Source: Chryseobacterium gleum
Lineage (GTDB): Bacteria > Bacteroidota > Bacteroidia > NS11-12g > UBA955
Direction of reading: 5' to 3'
Assembly: GCA_945870885.1 (NCBI GenBank)
Contig: CAMBTR010000001.1
Span: forward strand, 1 to 57,672
DNA length: 57,672 bases
Part shown: in pieces, positions 46,186 to 55,426 of the stretch
How the letters are laid out: each line of letters starts with the position of its first letter
How positions within the stretch are numbered: position 1 is the stretch's first letter
Program-made: the position numbers and the translations under genes
The notes under the pieces: model-generated
Seen by the model: only the letters and a program-made list of their open reading frames with translations
Told to the model about the DNA's origin: nothing
Databases searched by the model: none

Positions 46186-48525
46186 ATGAGAATTACGAAA
46201 TTATTTTCGTTGGTATTGAGTTTGAACACTGTCGGGCTTTTGGCGCAAATTCCGGCCATTACAGGTTGGATCTACAATAAAAAAACGCTAGAAACTATTC
46301 CCGGTGCAATCCTTATTGATTCCACAACAAATGCCTCCGTTGAGTCGAATGATCATGGATATTATCAATTTGGAACAACTCGAGGGAACAAAATTATCAT
46401 TGTGGCTGCCGCGGGTTTTAAGACCCAGAAAATTGAAATTGAATTAGAAGCCTCAGTAAATAAGAACTTCTTTCTAAAACCAATAGGCTACAACGAATTA
46501 GATTCAGCCGAGCAATACCTGTCTTTGTTCAACATGAAGCCTTCTTTCTATTCTCCAACACAGAAACAAATCATTGAATCGCCAAGTATCGGGAGCGTGG
46601 CCGATCCAGTAAAATATCTTCAGTTTCTACCCGGTGTTTCTGGCGGCGTTGAGGGTTTGTCTGGACTTGTAGTTCGAGGCTCAAACCCAGATCAAAATTT
46701 ACAATTAATGAACGGTTTGCCCTTGTACGGCAATGGACATTTGTTTGGCTTTGTTTCCAATTACAATCCGCACATTCTGAAATCAGTACATTTTTACCGT
46801 GGAGTGGCACCTGCCAGATACGGCGGAAGAGCTGGGGGTGGAGTTTTGGATATTCAAACTTCTGGGGGAGCCGCGAAAGATTGGACCGGTAAAATCCATG
46901 CCGACCCTGCTACATTTACATTTGCGATGGATGGCCCACTGGACCATAGAGGAAAGGTTACAAGTTCAATTTCGGTTCGAAGGAGCTATTTAGATTGGAT
47001 AATTGGAGCAGGTAGCAACAGCAGTAGTGGTTTGATTGGCAATATTCACGACATTAACGCTAGAGTTGATTACAAGAAAAATCAATATACACAGTGGAAT
47101 TTCTGGGCCTATAACGGAAGAGACAAATATGGGCTTTCCTTCTCGGTTGACGAAACGGATAGCTTGGGCCGTCGCTTAGTGTATACCCTAAAAAATCTAA
47201 CCTCTTGGCAAAACACACAAATTGGGGCACGCTGGTCGCATGAATTTTATTCCAATCATTTCGGCTCCATTACTGTGGGCCTTTCAAGGTATAAATACTA
47301 CACCAACTTTGATTTAGATGGCAGCATTACTCAAGGGGGCAATACAAAAACCGCAAAATTGAGCGAGAAATCGAGCAATTCAATCGCAGACTACACGGTA
47401 AATGGCGATTTTACTTATGTCAGAAATCCACGACAGACCATAAATTACGGTAGCCAATTCACATTGCATCATTTAGAACCTGGCCAACTTCGACTGGTGG
47501 ACCAAACAAATACGGGGAATATAGATACCGCTTATGGAATGGCCAATGTACAAACGAATTTGGAATGGGCTAACTACGCAGAATTAGAAGTACATCCAAA
47601 TATTGGATTAAGCATGAACCTAGGTGTTCGATTATGGACATTTATTACACCAACAAAGATTTACTGTCGACCAGAGCCTAGAATCATCATTAGCCAGCTA
47701 CTTGAAGGCAAGAAAAGATTACAATTGGGATATTCGGTATCTAACCAAGGCCTGCACCAATTATCTAGCGTGAATGGGGTATTGCCGAGCGATGTATGGT
47801 TCCCTAGCAGCGCAACCTTTAAGCCTCAAAGAACATCACAATTCACAGCTGCCTACATTATGCCGGTGAGTGCCGGGCTCGAATTTTCGACAGAATTTTA
47901 TTACAAAAAATATAACGGGATTACTGATTTAACAGGGATCGATGAAGACCCATTGGTAAAGAATTTCTGGGAGCGCAGTGTTGTTCAAGGCGAGGGAAAT
48001 AGTAGGGGTATCGAGTTTTTACTTTCTAAAAAATCAGGAAAAATCACAGGCCTAACCAGCTATACATACTCACTATCCAATCGAACCTTTGAATTTATTA
48101 ACAACGGAGAAGAGTTCAGGTATCGTTGGGATAGACCGCATCAATTCAAGACTCAATTGACGTTTCAGATTGAGACTTGGTTCAAAATCAATTTTGCAGC
48201 AATGTATATGAGTGGCAATGTTTACAGCGTGCCCACCGGTCAGTATATTACCACAGACAATAAATTGGTTTACGATTACAGCGAGAAAAATAACTATCGT
48301 ATGCCGGCATATCGACGTATAGACTTAGGATTCACCAAACAAATCAAGCCTTTTTACAACAGAGGATACAAAGAATTTTGGGGAATCCAAGTTTACAACA
48401 TCTTGGGTATCAACAACCCTATGAATGCAAAATTAAGTATTGACCCCAATACCAACAATGTTGTCCTTAAAGGTACTTCCGCCTTTGTTTTTGTTCCATC
48501 TGGCTTTTATAGAATAGAATTTTAA
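46186..48525 (+). CDS. TonB-dependent receptor with an N-terminal carboxypeptidase-regulatory-like domain
   Basis: The ATG at 46186 gives MRITKLFSLVLSLNTVGLLAQ (signal peptide). A CarboxypepD_reg-like segment follows (ITGWIYNKKTLETIPGAILID...NDHGYYQF), then a plug region (LQFLPGV...GLVVRGS) and a long beta-barrel ending in an aromatic residue (YRIEF). The ORF-track TTG start at 46069 overlaps folB. Confidence 0.8.
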   Translation: MRITKLFSLVLSLNTVGLLAQIPAITGWIYNKKTLETIPGAILIDSTTNASVESNDHGYYQFGTTRGNKIIIVAAAGFKTQKIEIELEASVNKNFFLKPIGYNELDSAEQYLSLFNMKPSFYSPTQKQIIESPSIGSVADPVKYLQFLPGVSGGVEGLSGLVVRGSNPDQNLQLMNGLPLYGNGHLFGFVSNYNPHILKSVHFYRGVAPARYGGRAGGGVLDIQTSGGAAKDWTGKIHADPATFTFAMDGPLDHRGKVTSSISVRRSYLDWIIGAGSNSSSGLIGNIHDINARVDYKKNQYTQWNFWAYNGRDKYGLSFSVDETDSLGRRLVYTLKNLTSWQNTQIGARWSHEFYSNHFGSITVGLSRYKYYTNFDLDGSITQGGNTKTAKLSEKSSNSIADYTVNGDFTYVRNPRQTINYGSQFTLHHLEPGQLRLVDQTNTGNIDTAYGMANVQTNLEWANYAELEVHPNIGLSMNLGVRLWTFITPTKIYCRPEPRIIISQLLEGKKRLQLGYSVSNQGLHQLSSVNGVLPSDVWFPSSATFKPQRTSQFTAAYIMPVSAGLEFSTEFYYKKYNGITDLTGIDEDPLVKNFWERSVVQGEGNSRGIEFLLSKKSGKITGLTSYTYSLSNRTFEFINNGEEFRYRWDRPHQFKTQLTFQIETWFKINFAAMYMSGNVYSVPTGQYITTDNKLVYDYSEKNNYRMPAYRRIDLGFTKQIKPFYNRGYKEFWGIQVYNILGINNPMNAKLSIDPNTNNVVLKGTSAFVFVPSGFYRIEF

Positions 48526-48527
48526 CC

Positions 48528-49388
48528 ATGAAACGATTTAAATCAATTAGTATCACTGCCGTTATTGCGTCGACACTATTTTTAGGTTGCGATACCAACT
48601 TGGACATGTCGAGCATTCAACATACCCCCAAGCTAGTAGTCAATTCATTTGTAAATAGCGATGAATTGTTTTCGGTGCAAGTGTCTTCTACGATTCCAAT
48701 CAACGACACCAATCCGCCAAAGATGATCGAAAATGCAATTGTTACGGTTAACGATGGTTCCACTACATCCACATTAGTCTACGATCTTTCAGTTCAGAAA
48801 TACTTGGCCACCTTTAAACCCAGCCCAGGAAGAGTTTATACTGTAAGAGTTGAAAAAGGCAATTTCAACACAGCCTCTGGTACATTAACGATTCCCAATA
48901 GAGTGGTAAGTGCGAAATCAATTTGGAAAGACAGAACCGGCTTTGATTCAATGGGTTTTGAAACGGGGACTTTAACCTGCTTTATTTCCGACCCAGGTTC
49001 TGAACGCAATTACTACGAAATTAACTTGTATCGCTTCGATTATATTACACAAGAGTGGTTAATTATGCCACCAACAACAACGGATCCTTTCTTGAATGAG
49101 AATGGAATCAAGACAGATATTGGTGGAATTCTGATTGATGATAGAAGTTTTAATGGGTCAAAAAAACAATTTGATTTTATTACCAGCTATGGAAGCGCCG
49201 GCACTCAATATAAATTCTTGGTGGAGGTTCGATCACTCAGCGATGATTACTATCGATACTTACAGTCATTGGCCAGTTACAAGGCCCAAAGTGGCATTTT
49301 CTCTGATCCTTCGCCCGTTTATAGCAACATTACCAACGGAAGGGGCATTTGTGCCGGCGCTGCTATCCAAAAAGACACGATTCAATAA
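48528..49388 (+). CDS. DUF4249-type lipoprotein, a partner of this class of TonB-dependent receptor
   Basis: Lipobox LFLGCDTN. It is beta-rich with the pattern PKLVVNSFVNSDELFSVQVSST...IENAIVTVNDG. The ATG lies 2 nt after the receptor stop. Confidence 0.6.
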   Translation: MKRFKSISITAVIASTLFLGCDTNLDMSSIQHTPKLVVNSFVNSDELFSVQVSSTIPINDTNPPKMIENAIVTVNDGSTTSTLVYDLSVQKYLATFKPSPGRVYTVRVEKGNFNTASGTLTIPNRVVSAKSIWKDRTGFDSMGFETGTLTCFISDPGSERNYYEINLYRFDYITQEWLIMPPTTTDPFLNENGIKTDIGGILIDDRSFNGSKKQFDFITSYGSAGTQYKFLVEVRSLSDDYYRYLQSLASYKAQSGIFSDPSPVYSNITNGRGICAGAAIQKDTIQ

Positions 49389-49411
49389 ATATTTTAAGAA
49401 TTACCCTGCCT

Positions 49412-52219
49412 GTGTCTTCAATAGAAAAGAAAATTAAAATTATCAATGCCCAACAGCATAATCTACAGCACGTTAGCGTAGATATTGATCATGGTTCCTT
49501 TACCGTGGTCACTGGCGTTTCAGGAAGTGGGAAGTCGAGTCTGGTTTTTGAAACCTTATTCGCCGAAGGTCAACGTCGTTACGTGGAAAGCCTCAGCAGC
49601 TACGCACGACAGTTCCTTGGAAGAATGAAGAAGCCCTTGGTAGATGACATTCAAGGCCTTTGCCCAGCAGTAGCCATCGAACAAAAAGTCAATACGAGAA
49701 ATCCTAGAAGTACTGTCGCCACTTCAACGGAAATTTACGATTATATCAAATTGCTATTTAGTCGTGCCGGACATACAATTTCACCCGTTTCCGGTAGGGA
49801 AGTAAAACGCGAATCATCAGAGGACGTTTATCATTTTTGCCTCGGCCGAAAAGACGGGGAGCGATTACTGATTTTAGCGCCGCAAACAAAAAAAATGTTT
49901 GCCCACGCCGATTGGGATTTACTCATTCAGAAAGGATATAGTCGTGTTTGGATTCACAATGAAACAGTCAACGTTCAAACGCTAATTGATGATGCCACAG
50001 CCATTGAAACTGAACTTTTTATCATCGTTGATCGCTTGACGATACAAAAGGACGACGATGAATTTCAATCAAGATTATTTGATGCTTGCGAAACCGCATT
50101 TTGGGAAGGAGAAGGCAATTGCAGCATCTACCTAACCGATACAAAAGAGAAAATCGAATTTAACAATCGTTTTGAAATGGACGGTATGAAATTCGAACTT
50201 CCAACGCGCGATTTCCTTAGTTTCAACAATCCACATGGAGCTTGCAGAACTTGCGAAGGGTTTGGATCTGTTTTGGGGTTAGACAACGACCTGATAATTC
50301 CGGATACATCGCTGAGTGTCTTTGAAGGTGCAGTAGCCCCTTGGAAAGGCGAAGTGATGGGCGAGTGGCGCAACGATTTTATCCGATTGGCAAACAAAGT
50401 GGATTTCCCTATCCATAGAGCAATCAGAGACTTGAACGAGGAACAAATCCAACTCTTATGGAATGGGAGCAAAGCCTTGCCTGGTATTTATGATTTCTTT
50501 AAATACATCGAAGAAAAATCATACAAAATTCAATACCGCGTCCTTGCGGCAAGATATAGAGGTAAAACCACCTGTCCGGATTGTTTGGGAACCCGACTCA
50601 GAAAAGAAGCGGCCTACGTAAAAGTCATTTCGGAATTTATTGACCAAAACCATCCAAAGCACCTTAATATCCAGGAGCTTTTGTTAATGGAGGTTGATAA
50701 AGCCTTAAACTATTTCAATCACTTACAATTAAACGATACAGACCAATCCATTGCATATCGAATCATTGAGGAAATACAAAATCGATTACAGTTCCTTAGC
50801 GATGTGGGTTTGGGTTATCTGTCGTTGAATCGTTTAAGCAACACCCTCAGCGGTGGAGAAAGTCAGCGAATCAATTTAGCGACGTCTTTGGGTAGCAACT
50901 TGACAGGTTCAATGTATATTCTAGATGAACCCAGTATTGGATTACACTCAAGAGATACGGAAAGACTCATTACGGTATTGAAAGCGTTGCAAAATGAGGG
51001 AAATACTGTGATTATTGTGGAGCATGATGAGGAGATCATGCGAAGTGCTGAAAACCTCATTGATATTGGACCTTTGGCTGGAACACATGGAGGAAAATTG
51101 CTTTATCAAGGCACTTTTGATGGTCTAAAGGACTGCGAGAGCAGCTTAACATCGAAATATCTGAATCATATCGAAGAGATAGCGGTACCCAAAACCCGCA
51201 GAAAAACGCCACATTACATCGAAATTGAGGATGCGACGGCGAATAACTTGCAAAATATTACAGCCAAGTTCCCCTTAGAATCATTTACCGCTGTTACGGG
51301 GGTATCTGGGTCAGGAAAAACAACCTTAATCAAACAGGTTTTGTTTCCAGCTTTGAGTCGTGAATTGGGTCAGTTTAGTACGATTAAGCCCGGCAAACAC
51401 AAGAAACTGTCAGGATCTATTTCATTGATTAAGGCCATCGAAATGGTGGATCAAAACCCCATCGGTAAGAGTAGTCGCAGTAACCCCGTGACATACGTTA
51501 AGGCATTTGATGAAATTCGCGATCTTTTTGCAAATACCCCAACGTCTAAATTCAATGGATTTAAACCCTCCCATTTCTCTTTCAATGTGGATGGCGGAAG
51601 ATGCGATAACTGTCAGGGTGAAGGTGAAACCGTAATTGAAATGCAATTCATGGCCGACATCAAGTTGGAATGTGAAGCTTGCGCCGGACAGCGATACAAA
51701 AAAGAGGTCCTTGAGGTTGAATACAACGGAAAGAACATCTTTGATGTACTCGAGATGACGGTTGATGAGGCGATGATTTTCTTTGATGGGCTAAAAAATA
51801 TCAGGGATCGACTAAAGCCTTTGCAAGATGTTGGTTTGGGCTATGTGAAACTCGGTCAAGGATCGAATACATTGAGTGGAGGTGAAGCGCAGCGCGTGAA
51901 ATTGGCGTTTTTCTTAAGTAAAGCTAGTCCCAATAAAGAGGGTGGGACCTTGTTTATATTTGATGAACCCACAACAGGTTTACACTTTCACGATATCAAA
52001 AAATTGATGGCCTCCTTTCAGGCATTAATTGCTCAAGGCAACACAGTGATTTGCATCGAACACAATTTGGACGTTATCAAATGTGCTGACTGGATCATCG
52101 ATTTGGGCCCTGAAGCGGGCAATGCGGGTGGAAATTTGGTATTTCAAGGACTACCGGAAGATATTCATCTTGCAGCGGATAGCATTACAGGTCCATATTT
52201 GATGGAAAAGCTTAAATAA
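49412..52219 (+). CDS. uvrA: excinuclease ABC subunit A
   Basis: Two ABC ATPase modules are present (GVSGSGKSSL and GVSGSGKTTL; LSGGESQR and LSGGEAQR). Zinc-finger Cys pairs are present (CRTCEGFG, CPDCLG, CDNCQGEG...CEAC). There is no in-frame ATG near the conserved N-terminus. I call the GTG at 49412 (MSSIEKKIKIINAQQHNL...), and the start is uncertain by a few codons. Confidence 0.93.
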   Translation: MSSIEKKIKIINAQQHNLQHVSVDIDHGSFTVVTGVSGSGKSSLVFETLFAEGQRRYVESLSSYARQFLGRMKKPLVDDIQGLCPAVAIEQKVNTRNPRSTVATSTEIYDYIKLLFSRAGHTISPVSGREVKRESSEDVYHFCLGRKDGERLLILAPQTKKMFAHADWDLLIQKGYSRVWIHNETVNVQTLIDDATAIETELFIIVDRLTIQKDDDEFQSRLFDACETAFWEGEGNCSIYLTDTKEKIEFNNRFEMDGMKFELPTRDFLSFNNPHGACRTCEGFGSVLGLDNDLIIPDTSLSVFEGAVAPWKGEVMGEWRNDFIRLANKVDFPIHRAIRDLNEEQIQLLWNGSKALPGIYDFFKYIEEKSYKIQYRVLAARYRGKTTCPDCLGTRLRKEAAYVKVISEFIDQNHPKHLNIQELLLMEVDKALNYFNHLQLNDTDQSIAYRIIEEIQNRLQFLSDVGLGYLSLNRLSNTLSGGESQRINLATSLGSNLTGSMYILDEPSIGLHSRDTERLITVLKALQNEGNTVIIVEHDEEIMRSAENLIDIGPLAGTHGGKLLYQGTFDGLKDCESSLTSKYLNHIEEIAVPKTRRKTPHYIEIEDATANNLQNITAKFPLESFTAVTGVSGSGKTTLIKQVLFPALSRELGQFSTIKPGKHKKLSGSISLIKAIEMVDQNPIGKSSRSNPVTYVKAFDEIRDLFANTPTSKFNGFKPSHFSFNVDGGRCDNCQGEGETVIEMQFMADIKLECEACAGQRYKKEVLEVEYNGKNIFDVLEMTVDEAMIFFDGLKNIRDRLKPLQDVGLGYVKLGQGSNTLSGGEAQRVKLAFFLSKASPNKEGGTLFIFDEPTTGLHFHDIKKLMASFQALIAQGNTVICIEHNLDVIKCADWIIDLGPEAGNAGGNLVFQGLPEDIHLAADSITGPYLMEKLK

Positions 52220-52315
52220 ATCAAGCATCGGATTGTAATTATTTATCTAAGAAAAATCCACATTAGCCGAGAACCGAACGGCGGGATTTAATATTTTATT
52301 AACTTCGCAGAACTT

Positions 52316-55261
52316 ATGAAAAAATTGTTAGTTCTCTGCTTGTCGATGGGGTCAATTATCTCCCTAACACAAGCACAAGCAACACTAATCGAAAAGGTGG
52401 ATGCAAAACCTGGTAAATTGATTGTCCCTTACCAGAAATTCCAGTATCCCAATGGCTTAACGCTTATGGTAAGTGAGGATCACAGCGATCCAGTGACTCA
52501 CCTAAATGTAACTTATCACGTTGGATCTGCGAGAGAAACCCGGGGTAAATCTGGCTTTGCGCACTTCTTTGAACACATGTTGTTTCAAGGTTCTAAGCAC
52601 ATCGCCGATGAAGAGCATTTTAAAATCATCAAAAATTATGGGGGAGATGTGAATGGTAACACAACTCGAGATCGTACCGTTTATATTGAAACTTTCCCTA
52701 GCAACTTCACAGAAACAGCCCTTTGGATGGAAGCAGATCGTATGGGATTTTTCCTTGAAGCTTTCACCAATAAAAAATTCGAAATTCAACGCAGTACCGT
52801 TAAAAATGAAAAGGCTGAACGTTATGACGCTCCCTATGGTTTCTTGATGGAGGTAAAAGACCAAGAATTGTATCCAAAAGAGCACCCATATAGCTGGTCA
52901 ACCATTGGTTTTGTTGATGATTTGGATCGCGCGGATAGCAATGACCTTAAAAACTTCTTTTTGCGTTGGTACTCTCCAAACAATGCGTGTATTATCGTTA
53001 GCGGTGACGTTAACACGAGCGAAGTAGTAGCTTGGGTTGATAAATTCTTTGGCGCCATTCAACGCGGCCCGGAAGTGAAAAAGCAGGCGGTTCCAAGAGT
53101 TAAACTATTGGAAAATAAAGTAGCGACCTATCCTGATGCGAATGCCTATGTACCATTGATTTATTCAACTTTTGTAGGTGTGCCAGTTGGACATGCGGAC
53201 GAAGCGGCTTTGGACGTGTTGACCTATTTGATGGGCGGAACAAGAAGTTCTACATTATACAAGAAGTTTGTTGATGCAGAATGGGCATTACAAGCCGATG
53301 CGAGCAACAATCCATTGAGTTCAATCAACCATGAGTTGGCCGGTGAAATTTCTTTCACTGTCGTTGGTTATCCTTACTCAGATGTACCTAGACTTCAAAA
53401 AATGATGAAAAGCGCCATCGATTCTTTTGGAATCATTGGTTTCTCTGATGAAGATTTGGATCGTGCAAAAACAAATATCCTAAGTAATTATTCTAGCGGT
53501 TTGGAGGATGTTAGTACCAAAGCAAACTACTTGAGTTCATTCTGGTATTTGGATGCAAAGAATGCAGATGGTAGCAGCTATAACTTGGAAGACGATGCAA
53601 GTCGTTATAGAAACTTAACCAAGGCCGACATCTTGCGTGTTTACAACATGTACTTGAAAAACAAATTCTCATCTACCGTTATCATCACCCCGAGTCAGGT
53701 TGCTGAAGGCGAAGAGAAGCCCAAGTATCAGAGTGTTAACCCAAATGCTGGATTTACAAGTGCATTGGCTGATGCTGAATACAAAGGTTTAACGCCAAGA
53801 CCTGTAAAAGACAATTTTGATCGCAGCGTACGCCCTCAACCCAAAGAAATCACATCTGCAAAATCACCGAAGGTGGCTAAAAAGGTGTTGGATAATGGCC
53901 TAGAGATTTGGTCGACCTACTTCGATGAAACCCCACGTGTCATAGTACAATTGAATATCGAAGGCGGACGTTTATTGGAAGATGGCAAGGTATATCCAGC
54001 GGGAACAGCAGAGATGACTGCTTCAGCTATGAATACGGGTACATCGACAAAAACTCCTGAAGACTTAGAAAAAGAATTTGAGAAATTGGGCATCAATATT
54101 GGCTTTGGTGGCGGTTCAACAGGAACTAGTATCACTTTGAGCTGTGAAAAAGACAAATTGGATGCTGCCATTGTATTGTTGCAAGAAATGATGTTCAAAC
54201 CCCGTTGGGATGAATCAGAATTCAAAAAAGCCAAGAAACAGGTTAAAGAAGGCGCGAAGTCTAGTCTAACAAACCGTGGCACCGGGGCAAGCAACGCTTA
54301 TCGCAGGTTGATGAACGGTGAAAATGCACTGGGAACGGCTTTATTGTCTGACGATTACGACAAAGTGAGCATGGAAAATTGCAAAGCGTATTATGCGGCG
54401 AACTATGTACCCAATTTGACAAAAATGGTTGTCGTAGGGCCAGTTTCTGAAGATGAAATCTACACAAAGTTTGCCTTCTTGAATAGCTGGCAGAAGAAGT
54501 CAGTAACCATCACTACGCCGGTGGCCGCAACGAAAATGGGAACTCCACAAATATTTGGCGTGAAATATAATGATGCTGAGCAGAGCGATATCTTCTTGGG
54601 CTTTAAGTCACAGCCTTATGATTATGCTGGAAAGTTCTTCCAAAACAACATTATGAACTTTGCTTTGGCTGGTAACTTCAATTCTCGTTTGAATTTGAAC
54701 ATCCGGGAAGACAAAGCATGGACGTATGGCATTCGTGGGGGTTATTCTCCTGCATACAAAGACATGCCAGGTACTTATACAATTAGTGCAGGAGTTAAAG
54801 CAAGGGCCACTGACAGCGCAATTATCGAGATCGTTGATGAATTGGTGAGATATAAAAATGGTGGCATTACGGACGAAGAATTCAATTTTACAAAATCGGC
54901 TTTGATTGCTAGTGAATCATTGGAGTACGAATCAATTGGACAAAAGGCAGGTTATATCCTTCAGATGGCAAATCGCAATTTGCCGATGGATTTTGCGGAT
55001 CAACAATTGAAGATCCTACAGTCGATCACAAAAGAGCAAATCAATACTTTGGCGAAAGAGGAAATGAATCTTGAAAGCCTAACCGTTGTTGTAGCGGGCG
55101 ATATCATTGATCTTCAGCCTAAGTTAGACGCTTTGGGCATGGGCAAAATCCAAATGTTGGAGCCTACTGGAGCTGGAAAAATCAAATACATGAAGCCTGG
55201 AACCACCTCGTTGCCACGTAAAAAAGTACAATACAATCCACCGGCCGACTTGCGCAAATAA
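52316..55261 (+). CDS. secreted M16 (pitrilysin-family) zinc peptidase, double-length with both halves fused
   Basis: 981 aa. Signal peptide MKKLLVLCLSMGSIISLTQAQA. The inverted zinc motif is HFFEHMLFQGS (HxxEH), with a downstream E in the NEKAER region. The second half is M16-like but lacks HxxEH. Confidence 0.85.
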   Translation: MKKLLVLCLSMGSIISLTQAQATLIEKVDAKPGKLIVPYQKFQYPNGLTLMVSEDHSDPVTHLNVTYHVGSARETRGKSGFAHFFEHMLFQGSKHIADEEHFKIIKNYGGDVNGNTTRDRTVYIETFPSNFTETALWMEADRMGFFLEAFTNKKFEIQRSTVKNEKAERYDAPYGFLMEVKDQELYPKEHPYSWSTIGFVDDLDRADSNDLKNFFLRWYSPNNACIIVSGDVNTSEVVAWVDKFFGAIQRGPEVKKQAVPRVKLLENKVATYPDANAYVPLIYSTFVGVPVGHADEAALDVLTYLMGGTRSSTLYKKFVDAEWALQADASNNPLSSINHELAGEISFTVVGYPYSDVPRLQKMMKSAIDSFGIIGFSDEDLDRAKTNILSNYSSGLEDVSTKANYLSSFWYLDAKNADGSSYNLEDDASRYRNLTKADILRVYNMYLKNKFSSTVIITPSQVAEGEEKPKYQSVNPNAGFTSALADAEYKGLTPRPVKDNFDRSVRPQPKEITSAKSPKVAKKVLDNGLEIWSTYFDETPRVIVQLNIEGGRLLEDGKVYPAGTAEMTASAMNTGTSTKTPEDLEKEFEKLGINIGFGGGSTGTSITLSCEKDKLDAAIVLLQEMMFKPRWDESEFKKAKKQVKEGAKSSLTNRGTGASNAYRRLMNGENALGTALLSDDYDKVSMENCKAYYAANYVPNLTKMVVVGPVSEDEIYTKFAFLNSWQKKSVTITTPVAATKMGTPQIFGVKYNDAEQSDIFLGFKSQPYDYAGKFFQNNIMNFALAGNFNSRLNLNIREDKAWTYGIRGGYSPAYKDMPGTYTISAGVKARATDSAIIEIVDELVRYKNGGITDEEFNFTKSALIASESLEYESIGQKAGYILQMANRNLPMDFADQQLKILQSITKEQINTLAKEEMNLESLTVVVAGDIIDLQPKLDALGMGKIQMLEPTGAGKIKYMKPGTTSLPRKKVQYNPPADLRK

Positions 55262-55280
55262 GTCGTTCTGGAATAGCTAT

Positions 55281-55320
55281 AAACAAAAGAGGAAAGGGCA
55301 ACCTTTCCTCTTTTGTTTTA
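55281..55320 (+). terminator. Rho-independent terminator after the M16 peptidase gene
   Basis: Perfect 17-bp stem AAACAAAAGAGGAAAGG-GCAA-CCTTTCCTCTTTTGTTT, with a T-rich 3' arm and tail. Confidence 0.8.
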
Positions 55321-55426
55321 ATAGTCAACAAGCCCCCCAAAATGTATAAAATTTGTGGGCAACATCCCCAATAAATTCAACCAACCAACCCCGATTTCGG
55401 CGTTATTTGTATAATCGACTATTTTC

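Noticed and set aside
55321-55426. The C-rich/A-rich region upstream of gyrA (GCCCCCCAAAATGTATAAAATTTGTGGGC), considered as a possible structured leader.
   Set aside because: The pairing is imperfect (only 3-4 contiguous bp), there is no T-tract, and I could not support any conserved motif from the sequence alone.
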